Below are positions 29,227 through 38,009 of a DNA stretch of 64,000 bases, piece after piece (within the stretch, counting starts at the first letter, position 1; each line of letters begins with the position of its first letter). Origin of the DNA: a bacterium (GTDB taxonomy: Bacteria; UBA8248); contig CBDBEV010000001.1 in assembly GCA_965204535.1 (NCBI GenBank), positions 2,208,001 through 2,272,000 of the forward strand, in the 5' to 3' direction. Below the pieces are notes generated by a model. That model saw only the letters and a program-made list of their open reading frames with translations. It made no database searches and had not been told where the DNA came from. Both the position numbers and the translations under genes were made by a program.

Positions 29227-29895
29227 TCAGACCGCCGGGGAACTCCGGTGGCCCAGTTCCGCCTTGCCCGTGATCAAACCCAACAGCTGACGCCCCGAGT
29301 GGATGATCATCAGGGTCATTCCCACCGGAAACGACGCGCTCTGGTAGGTCTGCGGGAATTCGAGGGCAGAAGAAGGATAGGTCCATTCCAGAATAGCCAC
29401 CTTGATCCCCTGGTACAGGAGCAGCAGAAGCGTCAAGAAGATGAGGACTTCGGTGATGGTGTAAATTCTTCTCTGTAAATTCTCTGGAAAGTGACCGACG
29501 AATGTTTCCATGGCCAGTTTCTCGCCGTGCTTGTATGCGAGTGCGGCGCCGAGAAAAATGGCCCAGTGGAAACACAGCAGCGTGATTTCCTCGGCCCATA
29601 CAATGGGGTCGTTCAGGACGTATCTGAAATACACCTGCATGAAGACGAGATAGCCGATGGCCGCCATGAAGGGAAACGCGAGAATCTCCTCCAGATTGCG
29701 CAGCAGGAACACACCGCCTTCGAACTTCACCTGGCGCACGAGGTATGTGATGAGGCAAGTGATGAGGATGACGGGGACGAGGTAGTGAAAAAGAGGGATG
29801 CTGATGAGCATGAGCGGCGGCTGGATCAGCGTTATGAAAACCCAGGCGACGGCCTTGAATAACGCCACGAAAGGTAGAAATATCCACTCCGACAC
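29227..29895 (-). CDS. dctQ: TRAP transporter small permease with N-terminal hydrophobic extension
   Basis: QVYFRYVLNDPIVWAEE, FLGAALA; upstream of dctM. Confidence 0.85.
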   Translation of the reverse strand: MSEWIFLPFVALFKAVAWVFITLIQPPLMLISIPLFHYLVPVILITCLITYLVRQVKFEGGVFLLRNLEEILAFPFMAAIGYLVFMQVYFRYVLNDPIVWAEEITLLCFHWAIFLGAALAYKHGEKLAMETFVGHFPENLQRRIYTITEVLIFLTLLLLLYQGIKVAILEWTYPSSALEFPQTYQSASFPVGMTLMIIHSGRQLLGLITGKAELGHRSSPAV

Positions 29896-30009
29896 GACAT
29901 GACCCCTTATGGGGAAGCGAATGTCCGATGCCCGGGATTTCCCTTTTTCAGTATGTCCACATTGTGCAGAAGCATGGAGCCGGGGTCAACCGGTCGTTTT
30001 CGGGGCCGG

Positions 30010-31110
30010 TTAGAGGTCGCGCCACGGCTGGAGCACGGTCTTCACCTGTTCTTCCCCGGGGAACTCCCCGCCCGTGATTCGCACGGCGCGCTCCGCCTCG
30101 GCGAGCGGGAAGCGGTGGGTCACCATCTCCGTGAAGGGATAGGGAGCGTGCGCCGCGAAGTCGAGCGCGCCCCGCACGGCGTCGCTCGTGTGGCTGTATG
30201 CGCCCTGGATGCGGATTTCGCCCCACACAAGGGGGTCGAGTTCCAGAGTCCCCTCTTTCCCGCCGGTGAGCCCGGCCAGTACTACCGTGCCCATCCTCCG
30301 CACGAGCTTTGGGGCGAGGCCCGTGGCAGCCGGGTTGCCCGTCACGTCGACCACCACGTCCGCCATCCGCCCGCCCGTGAGTTCCCGGACTTCTTCTTCG
30401 GGGTCTTTTTCCTCGATGTCGATAGCGTGGTCCGCGCCGAAGCGTTTCGCCTCCTCCAGGCGCTTCGCGTCGCGCGCGAGGCCGGTGACGATCACCTGTC
30501 CCGCGCCGGTGTGCTTCGCCACGGCGCACGCGCATAGGCCTTGGGGCCCGGGACCCAGCACCACCACGGTGTCGCCGACCGAGATGTCGCCCAGGTCGTG
30601 CGCCCATCGCACCCCGTTCGCCAGCACGGCGGTGATGAGCACGGCGGATTCATCCGTGAGGCCCTCAGGCGCCTTGTGGATGCCCGCGCCCGGCGGCAGG
30701 TAGACGTATTGCCCGTAAGCGCCCCACAGGTGCGGCGGCTCCGCGCAGGAGCGCACGCTGCCGTAGACCATCGCGTCCTTGCACAGGCGGCGGTTGCCGG
30801 TGTGGCAGTACCAGCACTGGTTGCAGCCCACCTGCGCCTCCACCACGAGGCGGTCGCCCTCCTGGACGCCGAGGCGCTTCTGGACGTTCTTGCCAACTTT
30901 GGCGAGGCGGCCCACCATCTCGTGGCCCATGATGATGGGGTAGCTCCACCGGTGGGCGACCTTGCCATTGAAATACTTGTAATCGGACGAGCAGACGCCC
31001 ACCATGTCGACCTGGAGCAGGCCGTCCTCATCGCCTATCTCGGGCAGGGGGAATTCCTGCAGGCGGATTGTACCGGGCGTCTCTACGACGGCTGAAACTT
31101 CATGCGTCAT
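30010..31110 (-). CDS. Zinc-dependent medium-chain alcohol dehydrogenase
   Basis: GVCSSD, GHEMVG, CNQCWYC...C structural Zn site, GPGPQG. Confidence 0.92.
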   Translation of the reverse strand: MTHEVSAVVETPGTIRLQEFPLPEIGDEDGLLQVDMVGVCSSDYKYFNGKVAHRWSYPIIMGHEMVGRLAKVGKNVQKRLGVQEGDRLVVEAQVGCNQCWYCHTGNRRLCKDAMVYGSVRSCAEPPHLWGAYGQYVYLPPGAGIHKAPEGLTDESAVLITAVLANGVRWAHDLGDISVGDTVVVLGPGPQGLCACAVAKHTGAGQVIVTGLARDAKRLEEAKRFGADHAIDIEEKDPEEEVRELTGGRMADVVVDVTGNPAATGLAPKLVRRMGTVVLAGLTGGKEGTLELDPLVWGEIRIQGAYSHTSDAVRGALDFAAHAPYPFTEMVTHRFPLAEAERAVRITGGEFPGEEQVKTVLQPWRDL

Positions 31111-31140
31111 GGTCGTCTCCCGTAATTCGTTTGCACAGCG

Positions 31141-31797
31141 TCAATCGGTGTCGAACTTCTGCGCAAGGCGGGGGAAGAGGTCGCGCATGGATTCGCCCCC
31201 CGCGATGCGCCCTTTGACCTCGTTTTCGATATCCCGAATCCGGGTGACCTGCCGCTTCACCTTCTTCAGAGCGCTTTGCGGAACGACGGCCACGCCGTCG
31301 ATGTCCGCGACGACGATGTCCCCCGGCTCCACGCGCACCCCGCAGCAGGTGACGGGCTCGTCTTTCGCCACGACTTCGAGATGCTTCGGGAAGGCGAGGC
31401 TCCACACCGATTTGCTGAACACGGGGAAATCGAGGTCGCGGAGCGCTTCCAGGTCGCGCGTCGCGCCGTCGATCACGCAGCCGAGGGCGCCGCGCCGCTT
31501 GCAGACGCTGCTCGCGCCCCCGCCCCATACGGCCAGGGGAGAGCCCGCCGCGTCGACGACGACCACGGAGCCTTCCGGCACTTCTTCCACCGCGTCATAG
31601 AGGCTGAACAGCGCCTTGGCGCCCGGGTTCCGCACCGGCGCGAACACCATGGTAGCGGCCGGCCCTGCGAACCTGGGATACGTCTCGGGGGCGTTGGGCC
31701 GGGGGCCTTCCATGATGAGGTTCAGCCCCAGAGCCGTTGCGGCGTCGCCGAGCGTCGCCGTGTCGACATCCGAGAAAAAAGCCGCGTCGGAATCCAT
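31141..31797 (-). CDS. RraA / HMG-CHA aldolase family protein
   Basis: AGPAAT, AVWGG, VIDGATRD, VEPGDIVVADIDGVAVVP. True start MDSDAAFF has a GGAG RBS; the rest of the 630-aa ORF is antisense shadow. Confidence 0.88.
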   Translation of the reverse strand: MDSDAAFFSDVDTATLGDAATALGLNLIMEGPRPNAPETYPRFAGPAATMVFAPVRNPGAKALFSLYDAVEEVPEGSVVVVDAAGSPLAVWGGGASSVCKRRGALGCVIDGATRDLEALRDLDFPVFSKSVWSLAFPKHLEVVAKDEPVTCCGVRVEPGDIVVADIDGVAVVPQSALKKVKRQVTRIRDIENEVKGRIAGGESMRDLFPRLAQKFDTD

Positions 31798-32013
31798 CCG
31801 GGTCTCCTTTTTTATGTTGAAGACTTGGCTGCGCGCATCCGCCATGTTCGGCATGGGGGCAGTATAATCGTTCCAGGAGAAAAACACATGAGAACCCACC
31901 AGATCACGTTCACGGTTCCGACTACGGACTCCAACACCCCCAGGAAGGGTGAACAAACCCCCCGTTCGGGCTAAGATGGGTTCATCGTCCAAGTCTGTTT
32001 GAACGGGAAATCC

Positions 32014-34023
32014 ATGAGCCGGGAAATCGACCCCATCACCCTGGAAGTCATCAACGAGTCCTTCGTCGCCGTTGTCCGGGAGATGCGCGCGAACATGGTG
32101 CGTACGGCGTATTCCTCCATCATCTACGAGGGGCACGATTTCTCCTGCGTGCTCGTGGACGGTGCGGGCCAACTCGTCGCCATGGCCGAGGACAACCCCG
32201 TCCACATATTCCCCGTGCCGATGGAAGTCAGAGAAATGCTCGAGCGCTTCGGGGGCGACATCCACCCCGGCGACGCCTTCATCCACAACGACCCCTATAC
32301 CGGCGGAACGCACCTGAACGACGTGGCCATCATCTCGCCCCTGTTTCATGGCGAGCAGATGGCGGTCTACCCCGTCGTCCGCGCGCACTGGGGGGACGTG
32401 GGCGGCACGACGCCGGGGAGCATTTCCGGGAAGAACACCGAGATTCTCCACGACGGAATCCGTATCCCCATATTGCGGATCATCGAGAAAGGGGAGATCA
32501 ACCAGGGGCTTCTCGACCTCTTGCTCCACAACATGCGGGTTCCCGAGGAGCGGCGCGGGGATTTCTTCGCCATGCTCGCCACCTGCCATACGGCCCACAA
32601 GCGGCTGGAGGAACTGGCCGCGAAATACGACTGGGGCGTCATACTCGCCGCGAAGGATCGCCTGCTCGCGCGCGCCGAGACCTCCATGCGCCGCAGAATC
32701 GCGGCCCTGCCCGACGGGGAATCCACCTATGAGCATTTCATGGATCACGACGGCCACTCGCTCGACCCCATACGCATCCGGGTGCGGGTCGAGAAAAAAG
32801 AAGATGAACTGATCGTCGATTTTCACGGAACGGATCCCCAGACCAAAGGCGCCTACAACGTGGGCCCCGCCATGGCCCCATCCGCCGCCTTCAGCGTCAT
32901 CAAGGCGTTCCTGGACCCCAGGGGCGCGATCAACCACGGGGCCTTCCGTCCGCTCGACATCCGGGTCGAGCCCGGCTCCCTGCTCTCGGCGCGGTACCCC
33001 GCGAGTTGCGCAGGTTCTATGGAGGTGAGCCACGCCGTGGTCTCAGCACTCATCGGCGCGACCGCGCGCTTCGCATCCGATGTCGTGACGGGCGACCTCA
33101 AGGGCACGTCGAACCACGTCTACATCGGCGGGCGGGACGCGCGAAGCGGGGCGCCGTTTCTCTTCTACGAGTTTCCGGCGGGCGGGACGGGAGGCTTCGC
33201 GGAGAGCGACGGCAACAACGCGACGCGTAATTTCACGGAAGGGGATTTCGCCTCGATTCAGTCGGTCGAGGTCATCGAGCAGGGCCAGCCGCTCAAGATC
33301 AGGGAGTTGTCCCTGCGCGCGGACTCGGGAGGTCCCGGGGAGCGGCGTGGCGGCCTGGGCCTGCGCCGTGCGGTGGAGGTGCTGGCGGAGAGCGCGCTCC
33401 TCTCGATTTCTTCGGACAAGAACGTCATCCCGCCTTTCGGCGTCCTCGGCGGCGGACCGGGAAAGCCAAATCGCTTCGTCGTCGCGCGGAGCGGGGAAAC
33501 ACTGGCGCCTTCCGGGACGCCCGGCAAGGCGGCGGGTTTTCCGCTTGAGCGGGGCGACGTTTTCGTCATGGAGACTTCTGGCGGCGGCGGTTTCGGCGAC
33601 CCGTTTCAGCGGGATATCGAGGCGGTCCTCGCCGACGTGCGCGCGGGCTACGTGACCGAAGATGGGGCGCGGGAGGATTATGCCGTCATCGTGCGTGGCG
33701 GCGTCCTGGATGAGGAATCCACGCGCGCGCATCGCCAGGCCGCCCGCGCCAAGAGGCGCGCGCTGACACTCGTTTTGAAAGACGAAGGCGCCGGAAGAGA
33801 TTCCCGACGCAGGTGTTTCATGAACCGGAAAACGCTGACGGGCCGTCATCTCGAACATGGAGACCTGGTCGAGTTGCGCGGAAAATGGGGGGTGCCGCTG
33901 CGCGCGTGGATGGAAGAAGACGAGGGGCTGCCCGATAACGCCGTGGGGCTGGGCGCAGACGGGGTCGCCATACTCGACGCAGATGTGGGTGACGGGGTCT
34001 ATCTGTCTCCCGTGAGCGTTTGA
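32014..34023 (+). CDS. Hydantoinase B / oxoprolinase family protein with C-terminal extra domain
   Basis: DPITLEVI, RTAYSSIIYEGHDFS, NDPYTGGTHLND, AHWGDVGG, GGGGFGDP. Confidence 0.93.
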   Translation: MSREIDPITLEVINESFVAVVREMRANMVRTAYSSIIYEGHDFSCVLVDGAGQLVAMAEDNPVHIFPVPMEVREMLERFGGDIHPGDAFIHNDPYTGGTHLNDVAIISPLFHGEQMAVYPVVRAHWGDVGGTTPGSISGKNTEILHDGIRIPILRIIEKGEINQGLLDLLLHNMRVPEERRGDFFAMLATCHTAHKRLEELAAKYDWGVILAAKDRLLARAETSMRRRIAALPDGESTYEHFMDHDGHSLDPIRIRVRVEKKEDELIVDFHGTDPQTKGAYNVGPAMAPSAAFSVIKAFLDPRGAINHGAFRPLDIRVEPGSLLSARYPASCAGSMEVSHAVVSALIGATARFASDVVTGDLKGTSNHVYIGGRDARSGAPFLFYEFPAGGTGGFAESDGNNATRNFTEGDFASIQSVEVIEQGQPLKIRELSLRADSGGPGERRGGLGLRRAVEVLAESALLSISSDKNVIPPFGVLGGGPGKPNRFVVARSGETLAPSGTPGKAAGFPLERGDVFVMETSGGGGFGDPFQRDIEAVLADVRAGYVTEDGAREDYAVIVRGGVLDEESTRAHRQAARAKRRALTLVLKDEGAGRDSRRRCFMNRKTLTGRHLEHGDLVELRGKWGVPLRAWMEEDEGLPDNAVGLGADGVAILDADVGDGVYLSPVSV

Positions 34024-34073
34024 GCGTGTTCGGGGATACCGGGAGCGCGCTATGCCATGTCCGATGTAGATGA

Positions 34074-34724
34074 TTATTGTCTTTGAAGCAGGAGTTGTAG
34101 GGCCTCGGTCGACTCTCTGCCTTGCGCCACGGTTTCCCGCAGCGCTTCCCTGGACTCCCCGCCTTCTTCGATGAGTTTCCTGAAGGCTTCGCTCGATTCT
34201 CTGCGCTGCTCCCTGCCTTCCTCGATGAATTTTTTCCAGGCTTCGCCGGATTCTCTGCGTTCTTTTCTGCCTTCCTCGATCATTTCCTTGAAACTGTCCC
34301 GGAACGCTTCTCTCGAAGCTCTGCTTTCTTCGATGAGTGTACTCAAGGCTTCGCTGGATTCCCTGCGCTGCTCCCTGCCTTCTTCGAAGAATTTTCTCCA
34401 GGTTTCACCGGATTCTTTGCGTTCTTTTCTGCCTTCCTCGATGAGTTCATTCAAACTTTCGCGGAACGCTGCTCTTGATTCCCTGCTTTCTTCGATAAGT
34501 TCTTTCAGGGTTTCGCTGGATTCTCTGCGTTGTTGTCTGCTTTGTTCAATGAGTTCTCTTAACGCCTCGGAGTTCTCGTCCTGCTGTTTCGAGCGGACCC
34601 TGTTGCCCCAGAGCATCGCGGCGATTCCGCTGCCTATCAGGAGGCATTGCAACCCGCCGACAACCGCGACGACCCAGATATTCAATTCCATTAACGCCAA
34701 AGTCGCTGCTTCAAATTCCGTCAT
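34074..34724 (-). CDS. Single-TM protein with 18-aa coiled-coil tandem repeats
   Basis: RBS GAGGAGG; hydrophobic N-terminus; about eight 18-aa repeats (SSEAL.ELIEE.RE.R.E). Confidence 0.8.
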   Translation of the reverse strand: MTEFEAATLALMELNIWVVAVVGGLQCLLIGSGIAAMLWGNRVRSKQQDENSEALRELIEQSRQQRRESSETLKELIEESRESRAAFRESLNELIEEGRKERKESGETWRKFFEEGREQRRESSEALSTLIEESRASREAFRDSFKEMIEEGRKERRESGEAWKKFIEEGREQRRESSEAFRKLIEEGGESREALRETVAQGRESTEALQLLLQRQ

Positions 34725-34789
34725 TTTTTTGCGCCTCCTCGAGGACTCGGGTTGACGTTTCGGGTCCTCTTGAACGCTCGTGCAACAAC

Positions 34790-34818
34790 ATCATAGCGTT
34801 TTCCGGCGATTGCCTCAA
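34790..34818 (-). promoter_or_regulatory. Sigma70-type promoter for the 34074-34724 gene
   Basis: Minus strand TTGAGG-N17-TATGAT. Confidence 0.55.
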
Positions 34819-35000
34819 CTTGATTCAGGCGGGTATGAGGGTCATATTCCACCGGCGAATCCGGATTGGGAGCCGCGAGTAATTCCCGAAAGAACCTTTG
34901 GGCGATTCAAGAACCGATGTATCATCGCCGTTTGCATCTGCGAATCGATTCGTCATGAGCGCGAAATTTCTTTAGGTGATTTTCAGGGACGGCCTGCGCA

Positions 35001-37025
35001 TTGAGTCTCGTCGGCATAGACACCGGAGGCACCTTCACCGACCTCGTTTTCTACGATGAGGACGAGAAGCGGATAGAAGTCTCCAAAATCCCCACGCTTC
35101 GCGGAGAAGAAGACGCGGTCTTTCTCGAAGGTCTGGAGAGTCTCGATCTCTCCGCCATCGGGCGGATCACCCACGGCACCACCGTCGGCACCAACGCGAT
35201 CTTAGAAGGCGCGGGCGCGCGGGCTGCGATTCTGACGACGCGCGGCTTCCGCGACGTTCTGGAGATCGGGCGAACGCAGCGGCTCGTTCCCCAGAGTCTT
35301 TTCGACCCGAAATTCGTCCGGCCCCGGCCGGTCGTTCCGCGGGAGATGCGGCTCGAGATTGAAGAGCGCGCCCTCGCGGACGGCGGCATCGAGGTTCCGG
35401 TGGGTGAAGCGGAGGTCGAGCAGCGCGCCGGGGAGCTGAGAGAACTCGGGGTGGAGGCGCTGGCCATCTGCTACCTGCACGCCTACGCCAACGGGGAGAA
35501 CGAGAGGCGCACGGCGGAGTATCTCGAGAAATTGCTGCCGGGCGTATATCTCTCCCTATCGCATGAGGTTGTGCCCGAATACCGCGAGTTCGAGCGTTTC
35601 TCTACGGCGGCGCTGAACGCCTGTCTCGGCCCCAGGATCAAGAACTACGTGGGCCGTCTGGAAGGAGCGCTCAGAGAAAAAGGATGCCGCGCGCCCCTTT
35701 TCATCATGACGTCAAACGGCGGGATGCTCGACGCGGAGAGAGCGGCGCGGTTTCCCGTGCGCACGATACTCTCAGGACCCGCCGGCGGCGTCGTGGGCGG
35801 GGTGTCGGTTGCGGAGTCGCTGGGTCTCGATCACCTCATCACCTACGACATGGGCGGCACCAGCACGGACGTTTGCCTCATCCGCGACCGCAGGCCCGTC
35901 GTGAGCACGGAGAACATCATCGGCGCCTATCCGCTCAAGACCTCGCAGCTTCAGATCAACACGGTGGGCGCGGGCGGGGGGAGCATCGCCTGGCGCGATG
36001 AGGACGGCGCGCTCCACGTAGGTCCCAGGAGCGCGGGCGCACGTCCGGGGCCTGCCTGCTACGGGTTCGGGGGCGGGGAGCCGACGGTGACGGACGCGAA
36101 CGTCGCCCTCTCGCGCATCGGCCCCCACACCCGTCTGGCCGGGGGACTCGAACTCCACCCCGAAAAGGCGGAGCGCGCCCTCACGTCGCTGGCCGGGGAG
36201 CTTGGGATTTCAGACGCCGTCTCGATGGCGCGCGGGGTGGTCGACCTCGCCGTCATGCGGATGGTGAGTTCGATCCGCGAGATTTCCATCGAGCGCGGCT
36301 TCGACCCGAGAGAACACGCCCTGCTCGCCTACGGGGGCGCGGGGCCGCTGCACGCCGCCCTGATCGCGGGGGAACTCTCCATGAAGAGCATCGTCGTGCC
36401 GCGCTTTCCGGGGAATTTCTCCGCCGTCGGCCTCTTGATGGCGGACGCCGTGCAGGAGAACGCCGGGACGTGCTTCGTCGCTTTGGAAGATGCGCAGGAA
36501 AGCTCACTTGAGCGCATTTTCGAGAATTTGACGATTCCCTGCGCCGAGCAGTTGCGCGTAGGTGAGCTGGATGAGATCGAGACTCTCCGTTACGCGGATG
36601 TTCGCTACGTGGGACAGGCGTTCGAGCTCACGATTCCGGTTCCGGAAACGGAGGGCTGGCTGAAAGCGCTGGGCGGCGAGTTCCACGCCCGCTACGAGGC
36701 GCGCTACGGGCATTGCCATCCGGGGGATCCGCTCGAGATCGTAAACCTGCGGGTGCGGGTCTCGGGCCTGGTGGACAAGTTGAAATGGGTGAAGGTGGAG
36801 AATCCCGGGGGCGGGTTGGATGATGCGCTCGTGGAGCGAAGAAGCGTCGTGTTCGAAGAAGATGTTCCCGATTGTCCCGTCTACGAGCGCGATTCCCTGC
36901 CAACGGGCGCGGAGATTGGCGGGCCCGCCGTCATCGAGGAATACGGCTCGAACACCCTCGTGCCCCCCGGCTGGACGGCGAGGCGGGACGCTCTCGGGCA
37001 TCTTTACCTGAGCGCATCGGGCTGA
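35001..37025 (+). CDS. Hydantoinase A / oxoprolinase family protein (ATP-binding subunit)
   Basis: GIDTGGTFTD, HGTTVGTNA, SGPAGG, DMGGTSTD, PRSAGARPGPACYG, GGAGPLHA; TTG start. Confidence 0.93.
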   Translation: MSLVGIDTGGTFTDLVFYDEDEKRIEVSKIPTLRGEEDAVFLEGLESLDLSAIGRITHGTTVGTNAILEGAGARAAILTTRGFRDVLEIGRTQRLVPQSLFDPKFVRPRPVVPREMRLEIEERALADGGIEVPVGEAEVEQRAGELRELGVEALAICYLHAYANGENERRTAEYLEKLLPGVYLSLSHEVVPEYREFERFSTAALNACLGPRIKNYVGRLEGALREKGCRAPLFIMTSNGGMLDAERAARFPVRTILSGPAGGVVGGVSVAESLGLDHLITYDMGGTSTDVCLIRDRRPVVSTENIIGAYPLKTSQLQINTVGAGGGSIAWRDEDGALHVGPRSAGARPGPACYGFGGGEPTVTDANVALSRIGPHTRLAGGLELHPEKAERALTSLAGELGISDAVSMARGVVDLAVMRMVSSIREISIERGFDPREHALLAYGGAGPLHAALIAGELSMKSIVVPRFPGNFSAVGLLMADAVQENAGTCFVALEDAQESSLERIFENLTIPCAEQLRVGELDEIETLRYADVRYVGQAFELTIPVPETEGWLKALGGEFHARYEARYGHCHPGDPLEIVNLRVRVSGLVDKLKWVKVENPGGGLDDALVERRSVVFEEDVPDCPVYERDSLPTGAEIGGPAVIEEYGSNTLVPPGWTARRDALGHLYLSASG

Positions 37026-37043
37026 TTTATCTTAAAGGTTCCC

Positions 37044-38009
37044 ATGAGCGAAGCGGTGAAATACGGATACGGCTACGGGATGCAGCCGGGGGATGTCCCC
37101 ACCCATGCCGATTTTCTGGACTTCATCGAGAAGGTGGAACAAGCCGGCTTCGATTCTTTCTGGCTGGACGATCACATCGCCTTTCGCGGCAATTTTTTGG
37201 AGAGCTTAGCCGCCCTCGCCGCCGCAGCGGCCAGAACAAAGCGCATCACACTCGGGAGCCTCGTTTATCTGCTGCCCTTGAGACGCCCCGCCATCGCGGC
37301 GAAGGCGGCGGCCACGGTGGATTTTCTGAGCGGGGGCGGTCGCTTCATCTTCGGCGTGGGTGTCGGCGGCGAGGAGGCGCGGGAGTTCGAGGTCTGCGGC
37401 GTACCCGGAGCCGAGCGCGGCGCGCGGACGGATGAGGCCATCGAGGTCTTGCGCAAATTATGGACAGGGGAGGCGGTGAGCCACGAGGGACGATTCTTTC
37501 GCTTCTCGGATGCGCGGCAAAGCCCACCACCCTTGACCCCGGGCGGCCCGCCGATATGGGTGGGCGGCAGGAGCGAGGCCGCGCAAAGGCGCGCCGCTCT
37601 TCTGGCGGACGGCTACGCGCCCTATCTCTATTCTCCTTCTCGCTACGAGAAGGGACTGGAGCAGGTTCGCCGCCTGGCCGCCGGGGCCGGGCGCGCGCTC
37701 GACGATCCGAAAAAGCCATGGACGCCCGCGCTTCACCTGTTCGTGAACTTGCGGGAAAAAGAGAATGATGCGCTCGACAGTGGTGCGGAAAACCTCTCGA
37801 TGCGCTATGGGATGGATATGCGCGATGCGGCGAAGAGATATCTGCTTCATGGAGCAATTGAGCGATGCGCCGAGCGGGTCGACGCGTATTGGAAGGCGGG
37901 CGTTCGGCACTTCATCTTCAAGGCGGCCGCGCCCGCCGGTGAGGAGACGGAGCACATGACGCGGCTGGCCGGAGAACTCCTGCCCGAGGTGAGGCGCCAT
38001 GTCGGCTGA
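37044..38009 (+). CDS. LLM-class (luciferase-like) flavin/F420-dependent oxidoreductase
   Basis: GFDSFWLDDH, AARTKRITLG, PPIWVGGRS. Confidence 0.9.
   Translation: MSEAVKYGYGYGMQPGDVPTHADFLDFIEKVEQAGFDSFWLDDHIAFRGNFLESLAALAAAAARTKRITLGSLVYLLPLRRPAIAAKAAATVDFLSGGGRFIFGVGVGGEEAREFEVCGVPGAERGARTDEAIEVLRKLWTGEAVSHEGRFFRFSDARQSPPPLTPGGPPIWVGGRSEAAQRRAALLADGYAPYLYSPSRYEKGLEQVRRLAAGAGRALDDPKKPWTPALHLFVNLREKENDALDSGAENLSMRYGMDMRDAAKRYLLHGAIERCAERVDAYWKAGVRHFIFKAAAPAGEETEHMTRLAGELLPEVRRHVG

Noticed and set aside
31798-33033. 630-aa fusion ORF ending in the RraA domain
   Set aside because: The N-terminal ~410 aa are antisense to hydantoinase B; a good RBS and ATG lie at 31797.
34122-34755. + strand Ser/Phe-rich repeat ORFs (also 39701-40461 and 51866-52156)
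   Set aside because: Reverse-frame readings of the coiled-coil repeat genes, which have the RBS and plausible composition.
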